This document shows positions 10,261 to 19,367 of a DNA stretch of 64,000 nt, in pieces. A program made the translations under genes and the position numbers. Below the pieces are notes generated by a model. That model did no database searches and had not been told where the DNA came from. It saw nothing but the letters and a program-made list of their open reading frames with translations. This DNA is from Nitrosopumilus sp. (GTDB lineage: Archaea; Thermoproteota; Nitrososphaeria; Nitrososphaerales; Nitrosopumilaceae): assembly GCA_965205425.1 (NCBI GenBank), contig CBDBGZ010000005.1:64001-128000 (forward strand), read 5' to 3'. Position 1 is the stretch's first letter, and each line of letters opens with the position of its first letter.

Positions 10261-11317
10261 TGAATCTAAAATCGACCCAAAAATTATTGAAGAAGTTTTA
10301 AAATTTAGTAAAAATGTTATTGATGCTCCAAAACTAGTCTCGGCCCCAGATGAAATTAGTTTAGAGGTAACACCTCATGATACAGTTCATGAACTAGATA
10401 AAACAAGATTACTTCACTATAGACCACTTACAGAAAAGCAACACAAAACACCATTATTGATTTCATATGCATTGATTAACAGATATCACATATTGGATAT
10501 TCAGCCTGAAAAAAGTTGGGTAAGGAATCTTCTTGAACAAGGATTTGATTTGTACATGCTAGATTGGGGAACTCCAACAAGTATGGACAAATATCTTGAT
10601 TTTGATGATTACGTCAATGGATATCTAGATTCAGCTGTAGAACATATCAAAAACGTGTCATCTACTGAAAAAATTTCATTGCAAGGATATTGTACTGGGG
10701 CAACCATTGCAACAGCATATACTGCATTACATCCAGAGAGTGTAAAAAATTACATCGCCACAGCACCTGTTATTGATGGATGGCGAGATACAACAGTAAT
10801 CAGTAATCTAGCAAAACACATGGATGTGGACAAAATGGTTGAAACCATCGGCAATATGCCTCCAGAATTCATGTACTATTGTTTTTCAGTTCTAAAACCA
10901 TTTGAACAAGGAATTGAAAAATATGTAAAATTTTTCAAAAATATAGATAATAAGAAATTTGTAGATAATTTCCTCAGAGTAGAAAAATGGTTAGGAGACA
11001 CACCACCTATTCCAGGAGAACTATTCAAACAGTGGATTAAAGACATCTATCAAGACAATCTGCTTATCCAGAACAAAATGTATGTTGGAGGAGAGCATAT
11101 TGATTTGAAGAAAATTGACATGCCCACATTTACGCAAATTGCCGTAGGAGATCATTTAGTATCTCCCGAGTGCAGTATGCCACTACATTATGCTATTGGT
11201 AGTGACGATAAAACATTGAGAATGTATCCAACAGGACATGTAGGGATGATAGCAAGTTCATTGTCTCAGAAAAAAGTATTACCTGAGCTAGGGAAATGGT
11301 TATCAGAAAGATCATAA
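10253..11317 (+). CDS. phaC: class III poly(R)-hydroxyalkanoate synthase PhaC
   Basis: PLLISYALINRYHILD, LDWG, GYCTG lipase box, GDHLV and TGHVG catalytic residues. Confidence 0.93.
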   Translation: MHSESKIDPKIIEEVLKFSKNVIDAPKLVSAPDEISLEVTPHDTVHELDKTRLLHYRPLTEKQHKTPLLISYALINRYHILDIQPEKSWVRNLLEQGFDLYMLDWGTPTSMDKYLDFDDYVNGYLDSAVEHIKNVSSTEKISLQGYCTGATIATAYTALHPESVKNYIATAPVIDGWRDTTVISNLAKHMDVDKMVETIGNMPPEFMYYCFSVLKPFEQGIEKYVKFFKNIDNKKFVDNFLRVEKWLGDTPPIPGELFKQWIKDIYQDNLLIQNKMYVGGEHIDLKKIDMPTFTQIAVGDHLVSPECSMPLHYAIGSDDKTLRMYPTGHVGMIASSLSQKKVLPELGKWLSERS

Positions 11318-11346
11318 AAAAGGAAAAAATAAAAAAATATTTTTTG

Positions 11347-11775
11347 CTAGTTTGTTTTTGTAGTGAATATAGAAATCCAAGATTGTAGGATATTTCTATT
11401 TAGGTCAGCAAATGATTTTGCATTATCGTTGAATGTTTTGATATTTTGTTGTGTTGCATCGATAGTTGCAAGAGTTATTTGATTTTGTATAGAAGCTGCC
11501 TTGATGAATTCTTCAGTGGTATCATGAATCATTTTCAATGATGCGTCAGGAAGATTTGCAACAATACCAGATTTCTTTGCATATTCTTTTTGTAGTGTAA
11601 TAGTTGAATCAACTATATTTTCATATGCTTTTAGGTATTCCTGTTGTACATTTGTAATTGATTGATGATATTGTGGTACTGATTGTCTAATACCGCTAAA
11701 GAGTTTGTCAACATTTTCTTGATATGCAGAAAATACATCTTTGGAATTCGTTTTGGTGATTTTGTTTTTACTCAT
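11347..11775 (-). CDS. phaP: putative phasin (PHA granule protein)
   Basis: Gln/Asn/Thr-rich amphipathic helical protein adjacent to phaEC; paralog at 34864-35277. Confidence 0.6.
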   Translation of the reverse strand: MSKNKITKTNSKDVFSAYQENVDKLFSGIRQSVPQYHQSITNVQQEYLKAYENIVDSTITLQKEYAKKSGIVANLPDASLKMIHDTTEEFIKAASIQNQITLATIDATQQNIKTFNDNAKSFADLNRNILQSWISIFTTKTN

Positions 11776-12197
11776 TGTTTCACCTCCTTATTTTTTGATT
11801 TTTTTGCTATGGGTAAAATAATGACTTGGACTAAATCACCATCTCCTAAACCAAGTGCATTTCGTTCGGCTTCAGGAATAGAGATTCTTCCATTACTACT
11901 GATAGTAGTTTTGTAAGCACCCCAATTCATGAAAGAAGGAAGCATTTGGCCGATGCTGAACATGGCATCCATACTTTTACTTTGCATGATAGACATGTTA
12001 TCCATCACATTAGATTGAGTTTGTTTAGCACTGTCAGAAATTCCTTTTAGTGCTTCTAAAGGATTGAACGTTTGACTAGTTTGATTCCCCATCAAAGAGC
12101 CAAAATTTTTCATAAATTCTGCTTGAGCACGTCCACTTTTTTGAATCCAAGATTTGAACATCTCAGAAGGATCATATGGGTTTTGATTACCATTCAT
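11772..12197 (-). CDS. AbrB/MazE-domain regulator (haloarchaeal PhaR-like)
   Basis: ISSNGRISIPEAERNALGLGDGDLVQV AbrB fold; coupled to the phasin gene. Confidence 0.75.
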   Translation of the reverse strand: MNGNQNPYDPSEMFKSWIQKSGRAQAEFMKNFGSLMGNQTSQTFNPLEALKGISDSAKQTQSNVMDNMSIMQSKSMDAMFSIGQMLPSFMNWGAYKTTISSNGRISIPEAERNALGLGDGDLVQVIILPIAKKSKNKEVKQ

Positions 12198-12232
12198 TGG
12201 TAATAATTGGAATAATTAGTATTTAAATGAAT

Positions 12233-13045
12233 CTAAATACCATTTAAGAATTCCAATACTTTTGAAGCAAACGTGTGAGGATCTTGAACATACGGAGTAT
12301 GTCCACATCCATCCATTCTAAAAAACCGACAATCCTGAATTGCCGAAATGAAACTATCAGAATAATCAATTGGAATAACGGGATCCTCAGCACCCCAAAT
12401 TATGAGAGTAGGTGTTGTGATAGACCCAAGTTTTGTAGTAATAGATTTAGAATTTTTTAATCCTAAAACGGTAGACATGAATGCAAGTTTTGCATTAGGT
12501 AATTGCATTCGTTCAACAAAACCAGTAATGATTTCTTGTGGGACTGCTTCACCAGAACCTTCCATGAGTTCAAATGCATTTTTGGCAGTCTGTTCATTAG
12601 GATATAATGCGGCCATGACATATGCATCAAGAGCAGGAGTTGATTGCGTCATAGCACCTGCAGGGGAAACAAGAACAAGTTTTTCAATTTCCTCAGTATG
12701 GGATGAAGTGTAATTAGCTGCTATTTGCCCACCTAATGAAGAACCAATTAGATTAGGACGATTGATTTTAGTTTGTGCAAAAAATTTTTCTAAAAAGTCG
12801 GAAAAATATTCAGGAGTATAATCAACATGGGGTTTATCACTTAATCCAAATCCTATCAAATCAGGAACAATAACACGATAATCTTTTGAGAAAAGAGGAA
12901 TTACATTTAGCCATCTTTCAGCTGATGCCCCCAATCCATGAAGTAGAACAAGAATTTTTTTGGAATTGCATGATTCCAAATATCGGATTTTATGTCCATC
13001 AATTTGAAGAAATTTCTCTTCCACTATTTTAGCTACAATTATCAT
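12233..13045 (-). CDS. alpha/beta hydrolase
   Basis: LLHGLG, PDLIGFGLS, GSSLGG nucleophile elbow, WGAEDPV, CGHTP. Confidence 0.88.
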   Translation of the reverse strand: MIIVAKIVEEKFLQIDGHKIRYLESCNSKKILVLLHGLGASAERWLNVIPLFSKDYRVIVPDLIGFGLSDKPHVDYTPEYFSDFLEKFFAQTKINRPNLIGSSLGGQIAANYTSSHTEEIEKLVLVSPAGAMTQSTPALDAYVMAALYPNEQTAKNAFELMEGSGEAVPQEIITGFVERMQLPNAKLAFMSTVLGLKNSKSITTKLGSITTPTLIIWGAEDPVIPIDYSDSFISAIQDCRFFRMDGCGHTPYVQDPHTFASKVLEFLNGI

Positions 13046-13078
13046 CAGTAGATAAGTTTTAGTGAATTAAGCGATCAA

Positions 13079-14139
13079 TGTTCTTTCCAGAAATTATTTC
13101 GTGTCACTTTCATGAGTAATTCCTCCATAGAATGCTTGGGTCTATGAGTATTTCGTTTGTTATCATCTTGGAGTGATACGCATCAGATGGTGTCTCCATA
13201 TTATCCAAGTCTAGTGCGCCATGAACTCTAATGTGATTGTACCAATGCATAAACTGCTCCACTGACTCAAAGTATTCTATTTTACACTCAAAGATATCCC
13301 AGAACTTTTCTAGCTTACCATTTGTTTGTGGATGTCTCACTCTTGTACGAGAGTGCTTTACGTGATGTCTCATTAGTTGCTGCTCAAAGTCTACTGGCTT
13401 GTTATGATCAAGAGTATTGACATTTGATGTGAACTGTTTTCCATTATCAGATAGTACGGATGCTGGTCTACCGTGATTCTTTATTGCATCAGATAGTACT
13501 GCAGAAGAATTCACAGATGTTGCCTCATCATACACTCCGAAACCCGTGATAAATCGTGAGGCATCATCTTCAAATGCAATTAGTTGTTTTCCTGCCCAGC
13601 GTGAATCATGTATTGTGTGCCAGTCAGTATGCCACAGTGAATTTGAATATTCACGTTCATACCTGATCCACTTTCTTCTCATCTTTTTCCGTGGTTGCTC
13701 AACTGATAATCCTTCATCTAGCATAATCTTGTGGATGCGATTGTGGTTTATCTTGGTATTGTACAATTTTGATATGATTTTCTCAAGGTATAGTGCGTTT
13801 GTATGAAATTTTTCTTGAACTTGTTTGACTAGCTCTATCTCGTGTACAGTGACTGGCTTTTTTGGACGCCCTGGTCTTTTGAGTGTGGGAATCTTTTTGG
13901 TTTTTTTGTACTGAGAGTAGACTTGTTGTACTCTTCTAGGCGTTATCTTGAGGATTACTGAAATATCTAAATTCTTGACTTTTTCATTTTTAGATTGTAT
14001 AATCCACCTGATCTTATTCTCATCTAACTTTACCATAGGCATGCCACGATACCCACGCATACGATAGTATGGGAATGATGCTCTCCTAGTTAAGGGGTGA
14101 AATAATTTCCGGAAAAGATAATAATTTCCGGAAAAGATA
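13079..14139 (-). mobile_element. IS481-like insertion sequence
   Basis: imperfect 22-bp IRs (TGTTCTTTCCAGAAATTATTTC / rc TATCTTTTCCGGAAATTATTTC); 15-bp direct repeat GAATTAAGCGATCAA at 13064-13078 and 14140-14154. Confidence 0.85.
13110..14060 (-). CDS. IS481-family transposase (rve integrase core)
   Basis: WHTDW, DDASR, SDNGKQF, PQTNGKLE, YNHIRVH. Confidence 0.9.
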   Translation of the reverse strand: MRGYRGMPMVKLDENKIRWIIQSKNEKVKNLDISVILKITPRRVQQVYSQYKKTKKIPTLKRPGRPKKPVTVHEIELVKQVQEKFHTNALYLEKIISKLYNTKINHNRIHKIMLDEGLSVEQPRKKMRRKWIRYEREYSNSLWHTDWHTIHDSRWAGKQLIAFEDDASRFITGFGVYDEATSVNSSAVLSDAIKNHGRPASVLSDNGKQFTSNVNTLDHNKPVDFEQQLMRHHVKHSRTRVRHPQTNGKLEKFWDIFECKIEYFESVEQFMHWYNHIRVHGALDLDNMETPSDAYHSKMITNEILIDPSILWRNYS

Positions 14140-14230
14140 GAATTAAGCGATCAATCGAGTATTTACATTAAAGATTTTGAATAATGAAAATAGCAAGTAT
14201 GTTTTTTAGTATCAATAAATGACATAATTT

Positions 14231-14662
14231 GTGATTAAAAAGAAAATTACAAAAATTTTAGTTCCTTTGGATGGATCTAAAAATTCTATCAGAGGTTTAG
14301 AAACGGCTATTACATTAGCTAGGAATTGCGGGGCAACAATTACTGGAATTTACTCGATTTACGCACCACCACACTCAGAATTTAGAGGAGTAGGATCAGT
14401 AGAAAAAGCCCTAAATGTACAAGTTAAAAAATTCATGGAAGAAGCAAAAACGATGGCTGCTAAAAATGGCATTGTGTTTAAAGAAAAAATAGCCATAGGT
14501 GAAATAGGATATAATATCATCAAACTTGCTCACGGGAAAAGTCATTTCGATATGATCGTAATAGGTTCAAGGGGAAGAAGTTCTACCAAGGAGATGTTTT
14601 TTGGAAGTGTATCAAATTATGTACTTCATACATCCAAGATTCCAGTTGTCTTGGTAAAGTAA
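14231..14662 (+). CDS. universal stress protein
   Basis: ILVPLDGSKNS and DMIVIGSRG..FFGSVSNYVLH..PVVLV. Confidence 0.92.
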   Translation: MIKKKITKILVPLDGSKNSIRGLETAITLARNCGATITGIYSIYAPPHSEFRGVGSVEKALNVQVKKFMEEAKTMAAKNGIVFKEKIAIGEIGYNIIKLAHGKSHFDMIVIGSRGRSSTKEMFFGSVSNYVLHTSKIPVVLVK

Positions 14663-14663
14663 T

Positions 14664-15119
14664 CTAAGAAAATCCTTGTTTTTTGAAATATTTTTGATGA
14701 TATTCTTCAGCTTTGTAAAAGGTGGGAGCAGGTACAATTTCGGTAACTATGGGAGAATCATATTTTTCAGATTTTTCAAGGGAGTGTTTTGAATTTTCTG
14801 CAATTTCTTTTTGGGTTTCATCATGATAGAATATTGCTGAACGATATTGGATTCCAACATCAGGACCTTGTCGATTTAATGTTGTAGGATTATGATTAGC
14901 CCAAAATACATCAAGTAATTCTTCAAATGAGATTTCATTAGGATCATATTCTACTTCAACAGCTTCTGCATGGCCTGTTTTATCAGTACAAACTTCTTCA
15001 TAAGTAGGGTTTGGAAGTTGTCCTCCCATGTATCCAACAGCAGTAGATTTGACACCCTTTGTTTTATTGAGTAAATCCTCAACATGCCAAAAACATCCTG
15101 CACTAAATGTAGCTTTCAA
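14664..15119 (-). CDS. msrA: peptide-methionine (S)-S-oxide reductase
   Basis: AGCFW, TGHAE, RQGPDVGIQYRS, AEEYHQKY. Confidence 0.95.
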   Translation of the reverse strand: MKATFSAGCFWHVEDLLNKTKGVKSTAVGYMGGQLPNPTYEEVCTDKTGHAEAVEVEYDPNEISFEELLDVFWANHNPTTLNRQGPDVGIQYRSAIFYHDETQKEIAENSKHSLEKSEKYDSPIVTEIVPAPTFYKAEEYHQKYFKKQGFS

Positions 15120-15163
15120 TACCCATGTAGTAAATAATGCTAAATTAAAACTATATGCAGAGT

Positions 15164-16363
15164 TTAATTTATTGTTATAATTCCTTCTTGAATCATAAAT
15201 TTTAATGCATTAACAAATTCATCTTCAGAAATTAAATCTTGAGACCACCAATGGGCATTGTTTCTAATCCAATCAGGAATTTCTTCATCAGATAGATTAC
15301 CAGGAGACGTGGTTGAAACCATGATGATATTATTTTCCAACATGAATTCTATTCCTGAAATGAATGCAGAGTCATTAATTTTCCCAGTTGCCCACCATTC
15401 AGCATTATTTCGAATCCAATCAGGCACAGATACAGGATCTTCATATCCCAAAATATTATGAATGGAGTAATTTGGGAACTGTGAATCAAACCAAGATTTG
15501 TAACTTGATTCCTTATTGTATCTGTCAATATAATATTGGGGGGATTTATCAAGAGCAGGGAAATTTTCTATATGAGTTTGTTTGTACCCCACAACATCAA
15601 TAATTGAATAATTTGGGAACTGTGAATCAAACCAAGATTTGTAACTTGATTCCTTATTGTATCTGTCAATATAATATTGGGGGGATTTATCAAGAGTAGG
15701 GAAATTTGGAATTTGAAGTTTAATGGTACTAAAAGTAGAAGATGATTCGGGAGTTGGTTCAAGTTCTGGTGTTGGTTCAGGTGTTGGTTCAAGTTCTGGT
15801 GTTGGTTCAGGTGTTGGTTCAAGTTCTGGTGTTGATTCTGGAGATACAATTTCAGAAAATTCTTGATATTCAATAGATTTTTCCAAGTTTCCATCATAAG
15901 TTATTTTGATTGGATAGATACCATCAGAAGTCCAGGTTGGACCACCAACATTGAAAGTTGCTGTAAAACTCCCATCAGAATTTGCAGGTATTGTGTTAAA
16001 ATCAGCAAAGTTGGATTTACCAGGAGTAAAAATTTGAATGGTTACAAATGGTATACTGGAATCATATGAAACATTTCCAGAGATGTTCAAATGATCTTTT
16101 AATGATGTCTTAAAGTTAGAGAGATGAGTCTCTAGGACCTCGACAAGTTGACCCCAAGACCTAGGGGTCAAAACAAAATCATGCTCTAAAACAAAATCAT
16201 CGTTAGTAAGTGTAATTTTAAAAGAGTTAGTTTCAGCATTTTTTGTTAATTCTGTTGCAGTGTTTGGAGACACTAGATCAAATTTAGAAGTATCAAAAGA
16301 GGACGATGTTTCTGAGATTATTCTATCAACTAGAGCAGCTGAAAGTCTTAAGACTGTTGCCAT
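15164..16363 (-). CDS. chimeric ORF: ~90 aa of provirus-derived N-terminus fused to the 3' part of a host secreted/surface protein
   Basis: host-like part from about DHLNISGNVSYD (Ig-like strands, PEPTPELE repeats, duplicated FP.LDKSPQYYIDRY block, VPDWIRNNAEWW repeats); no signal peptide in the N-terminal part. Confidence 0.65.
   Translation of the reverse strand: MATVLRLSAALVDRIISETSSSFDTSKFDLVSPNTATELTKNAETNSFKITLTNDDFVLEHDFVLTPRSWGQLVEVLETHLSNFKTSLKDHLNISGNVSYDSSIPFVTIQIFTPGKSNFADFNTIPANSDGSFTATFNVGGPTWTSDGIYPIKITYDGNLEKSIEYQEFSEIVSPESTPELEPTPEPTPELEPTPEPTPELEPTPESSSTFSTIKLQIPNFPTLDKSPQYYIDRYNKESSYKSWFDSQFPNYSIIDVVGYKQTHIENFPALDKSPQYYIDRYNKESSYKSWFDSQFPNYSIHNILGYEDPVSVPDWIRNNAEWWATGKINDSAFISGIEFMLENNIIMVSTTSPGNLSDEEIPDWIRNNAHWWSQDLISEDEFVNALKFMIQEGIITIN
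15470..15840. repeat. intragenic repeats: duplicated ~110-bp block and 30-bp PEPTPELEPT tandem repeat
   Basis: DKSPQYYIDRYNKESSYKSWFDSQFPNYSI occurs twice; GTTGGTTCAAGTTCTGGT units at ~15752-15835. Confidence 0.85.
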
Positions 16364-16402
16364 ATCTGAAAAAAGAAAAAAGGGGTTAAAGGTTTTGCGA
16401 TC

Positions 16403-16594
16403 TTATTTGTGAGTTCTTTTGTAGCTGCCTTTACCGTGAGATTTATGGACCCCTGACTTGTGATATTTACCACAAGTTTTGCATTTTTTGGTCAATCTCT
16501 TATGAGGTTTTTTTCTAGATCGCATTTTTTTCAATTTGGCTCTACCCTTAGCTAATGCAGCTAGTTGTTTCTTAGTTGCTTTTCTCTTAGCCAG
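16403..16594 (-). CDS. highly basic 63-aa protein, candidate virion DNA-condensing protein (CTG start; not in ORF track)
   Basis: own translation MAKRKATKKQLAALAKGRAKLKKMRSRKKPHKRLTKKCKTCGKYHKSGVHKSHGKGSYKRTHK; AGGTGA SD-like sequence upstream; overlaps previous stop. Confidence 0.7.
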   Translation of the reverse strand: MAKRKATKKQLAALAKGRAKLKKMRSRKKPHKRLTKKCKTCGKYHKSGVHKSHGKGSYKRTHK

Positions 16595-16796
16595 ATGGTT
16601 TCACCTTTTTGACATCTCGATAGACATTCCAACCTTTGTTAACTAATCCGCCAAGACCTAGAGGAGTAAGAATAACGGCTACTAACTGAATATGAGTCTC
16701 AGTGATCTCAAATTCAGTAAAAGCGTCAACCCCAAGAAGTGCAGTTGAGATCACAATTACAATGAATGGAATGGATTTGGAACTAATTGAAGTCAT
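16587..16796 (-). CDS. small two-TM viral membrane protein
   Basis: two hydrophobic helices and basic C-terminus. Confidence 0.65.
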   Translation of the reverse strand: MTSISSKSIPFIVIVISTALLGVDAFTEFEITETHIQLVAVILTPLGLGGLVNKGWNVYRDVKKVKPSG

Positions 16797-17122
16797 TATT
16801 CTAAATCCTCTTTTGTGATACCATATCTTTCGATAAGAACTTGTTTGATTCTAAGTTCTTTTTCATATTCTTTCAATTCGTCACCATACAAATTTCGAAT
16901 AGAATCATCATCATAATTTTGATCAAAAGATTTTATTCTTTGAATGGCAGATTGTCTAGTTCTTTTGCCGAGGAATTGGTTTTGAGCTTCACCTTTAGAA
17001 ATAGATTTTGATACTTCTCTAAGTGAACTGTAATTTTCTTCTTTAGTTCCGCCAAATTGTGCAGATTCAAGTTTTTGGATTCTATCCAAAATCTCTTTTT
17101 CGTTCTGTGTTTTTGGAATCAT
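16796..17122 (-). CDS. viral hypothetical protein
   Basis: 108-aa ORF with TAATG coupling to next gene; promoter-like motif upstream. Confidence 0.6.
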   Translation of the reverse strand: MIPKTQNEKEILDRIQKLESAQFGGTKEENYSSLREVSKSISKGEAQNQFLGKRTRQSAIQRIKSFDQNYDDDSIRNLYGDELKEYEKELRIKQVLIERYGITKEDLE

Positions 17123-17149
17123 GTTATTAAAAAATGAAAGAAAAATGAG

Positions 17150-17164
17150 CTATATTAGCTCAAA
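17150..17164 (-). promoter_or_regulatory. putative viral promoter TTTGAGCTAATATAG (copy 1)
   Basis: identical 15-mer at 25299-25313; ends 28 nt upstream of ATG 17122; overlaps palindrome TGAGCTA-TAT-TAGCTCA. Confidence 0.55.
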
Positions 17165-17326
17165 TTAGTTAGTTTTTGGCTCTAGGCTCTCAAAGACTGA
17201 ATCAACTGCCTCATCGGTCCTTTGCTGTAAGAACTCTTGAGTCCTTGCCCTGATTTTATCTCTATTACTGCAATAATAATCAGTTAAAACAGCACCGATA
17301 ACTAACCCGATTATGAAGAATACCAT
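17165..17326 (-). CDS. 53-aa single-TM viral protein (not in ORF track)
   Basis: own translation MVFFIIGLVIGAVLTDYYCSNRDKIRARTQEFLQQRTDEAVDSVFESLEPKTN; strong GGAGGTGA SD. Confidence 0.7.
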   Translation of the reverse strand: MVFFIIGLVIGAVLTDYYCSNRDKIRARTQEFLQQRTDEAVDSVFESLEPKTN

Positions 17327-17337
17327 ACTATCACCTC

Positions 17338-17553
17338 CTACTTCTCATTTTTATCCTTTTTCAAGAACAAGAAAGTCATAGCACCTGTCAAAACACTAGA
17401 GATCACAGGTAATACTAGATTAATTTGAGTTGAATCAGTTTGACAATTTACATATTGAGTTAATTGAAAAGACAGAGTGATTATCACAATACAAGCAGTT
17501 ATTTTGGCTATCAAACCATTTTCAAGTATTTTTTCAGCAATGAATCGATCCAT
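17338..17553 (-). CDS. small two-TM viral membrane protein
   Basis: two hydrophobic segments, charged tail KKDKNEK. Confidence 0.65.
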   Translation of the reverse strand: MDRFIAEKILENGLIAKITACIVIITLSFQLTQYVNCQTDSTQINLVLPVISSVLTGAMTFLFLKKDKNEK

Positions 17554-19361
17554 TATTTCACCAAATAAATCCTGATACCAGTTTGGACCGCATTTTCAAC
17601 AGTTAGTCTAATTATGAGATTGGGGTTTTGAATCAATAATTTTGAAATTGCTCTATCATCTTCTGACTCATCAGAAATAATGACAAGTTTTTTCTGACCA
17701 GCTACAACAGCACCAATAGAATCAGCACTGATTAATTCTTCAAATTCATCTTCTGCATCTAAAACACCAAAAGAAAGTTTAGCAGTTCCGCCTTGTCTTA
17801 GAAAATCGAAAAAATTATCTAAACTAATAATATTTTGAATGGCACTAGGATCAAGGTTTTTCTCAGCAATTAGATCAATATCATCGACAGATTCAGGTTG
17901 AATTTGAGATACTGTTAAAGTGTAATAATCAGCAGTGGGATTATAGGTGATACTATTAGCACGATAAGGAATTGTGATCGAGGCTTGACCACCTCTAGAA
18001 ACTGAAATATCATCGGTCTTATATTCTGAAAAAGAGACAACAGGTTCAGAAAAACTAATCGTGGTCCTTTTTCTAACTCTAACAAATCTACCTCTAAAAG
18101 CATACCTTTTGGTGACAGGTCCCTCATAATCAAAAGTCTCAAGTGTTCTCACATTCCTAGTAAAATCAATATCATCAGCAGATTCTATAATTAACTCATA
18201 ACTATACAACATATTGAGGAGCATATTTCCAACTGTCACATCTCTAGCAAATCCAGTGACAGAACGTAGTAAACGCTCAGCGATACTGGTAGAGGTAGAA
18301 TAAATGATACGGTTGTTAGCTGTAACTGAACTTCTATCAATTTTGATACGCCATGATCCTTGAGTGTAAATATCATAATGTTTTTCTTTGAAAGTTGTTG
18401 AGTGAATCCAGTTAAATCTCACTTCATTAGAATTTAGAAAATTAATTAGAGCAATTTCAAACTGGCTGTCATAATCATCTATACTGTAAAAATCATAACT
18501 TTTTATTTCTTCTTCAAAAGTAATCGGTGTAAAATCTGAAATTCTACCATCATCATCATAGAGACCATCCAGTTCAGTTATTTCAGTAGTAGTTATTTCA
18601 GATGTTTGTCTTAAGTGAGTTGACATATTTGACTCAAAACTGTAAAAGGTAGGTTGACCTCTAATGCTTCTAGTAATGTAAAGTCTATCACTATCAAAAT
18701 TAGAATGACTATCTGAAATTCTAGGTGAATCAAAAACCATAATGTCTTCATTTCTTTCTAATGCCATTAACCTCAAGTATAGACCGATAATGCTAGGTGA
18801 TTGATCTAAATCATACGAATAATCGGTAGGAACTGGATTTTGAATTTGTGAAGCTCGAAATAGAATCATCATTTTATTATAGCCCTCAAGATACATAGAC
18901 TGATCAACTGTTTCATTAGCATAGACATTAAATGGGAATGGTGTTAATTCTTGAGAATAAACTTGAGCGAGATCATTTCTGCTCAAAGGGACGTTTGGTC
19001 TTGATAGATTTTCTGCAACATTACCGATCTTAATTGTGACTTCAAAACCTATCTTTTGATTATCAAAATTATTTTTAGTAAAAATTCTAATTTTTTCTTG
19101 GTGTAAAAATTCTTGATTGTTCAAAGGAACTGAGATAAGAGCATAATTTTTCAATTCAATATTTTTAGAATCAAATATGATGTTATCATTAATCCATACT
19201 TGAAGTTCACCCTTGAGAGAGAAAATCGGATCAAAAGAAAATTCTAAAGCATTTAAAAAAAGGTCCTCTTTTAATGGATTTCTAAAAGAATAATCAGGGG
19301 TATTTTTAAAATCTCTTGAATCAGTGTCTATCCTATCAGTGATTGTTTTTTGAAATACCAA
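17553..19361 (-). CDS. large beta-rich virion protein, putative vertex spike/turret
   Basis: 602 aa, beta-strand pattern; N-terminal ~115 aa align by eye with the 157-aa protein at 20300-20773. Confidence 0.6.
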   Translation of the reverse strand: MVFQKTITDRIDTDSRDFKNTPDYSFRNPLKEDLFLNALEFSFDPIFSLKGELQVWINDNIIFDSKNIELKNYALISVPLNNQEFLHQEKIRIFTKNNFDNQKIGFEVTIKIGNVAENLSRPNVPLSRNDLAQVYSQELTPFPFNVYANETVDQSMYLEGYNKMMILFRASQIQNPVPTDYSYDLDQSPSIIGLYLRLMALERNEDIMVFDSPRISDSHSNFDSDRLYITRSIRGQPTFYSFESNMSTHLRQTSEITTTEITELDGLYDDDGRISDFTPITFEEEIKSYDFYSIDDYDSQFEIALINFLNSNEVRFNWIHSTTFKEKHYDIYTQGSWRIKIDRSSVTANNRIIYSTSTSIAERLLRSVTGFARDVTVGNMLLNMLYSYELIIESADDIDFTRNVRTLETFDYEGPVTKRYAFRGRFVRVRKRTTISFSEPVVSFSEYKTDDISVSRGGQASITIPYRANSITYNPTADYYTLTVSQIQPESVDDIDLIAEKNLDPSAIQNIISLDNFFDFLRQGGTAKLSFGVLDAEDEFEELISADSIGAVVAGQKKLVIISDESEDDRAISKLLIQNPNLIIRLTVENAVQTGIRIYLVK

Positions 19362-19367
19362 AGCACA

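Noticed and set aside
15568..15897. NQHLNQHQNL repeat ORF, and the similar ORF at 24534-24719
   Set aside because: alternative-frame readings of Pro/Glu coding repeats
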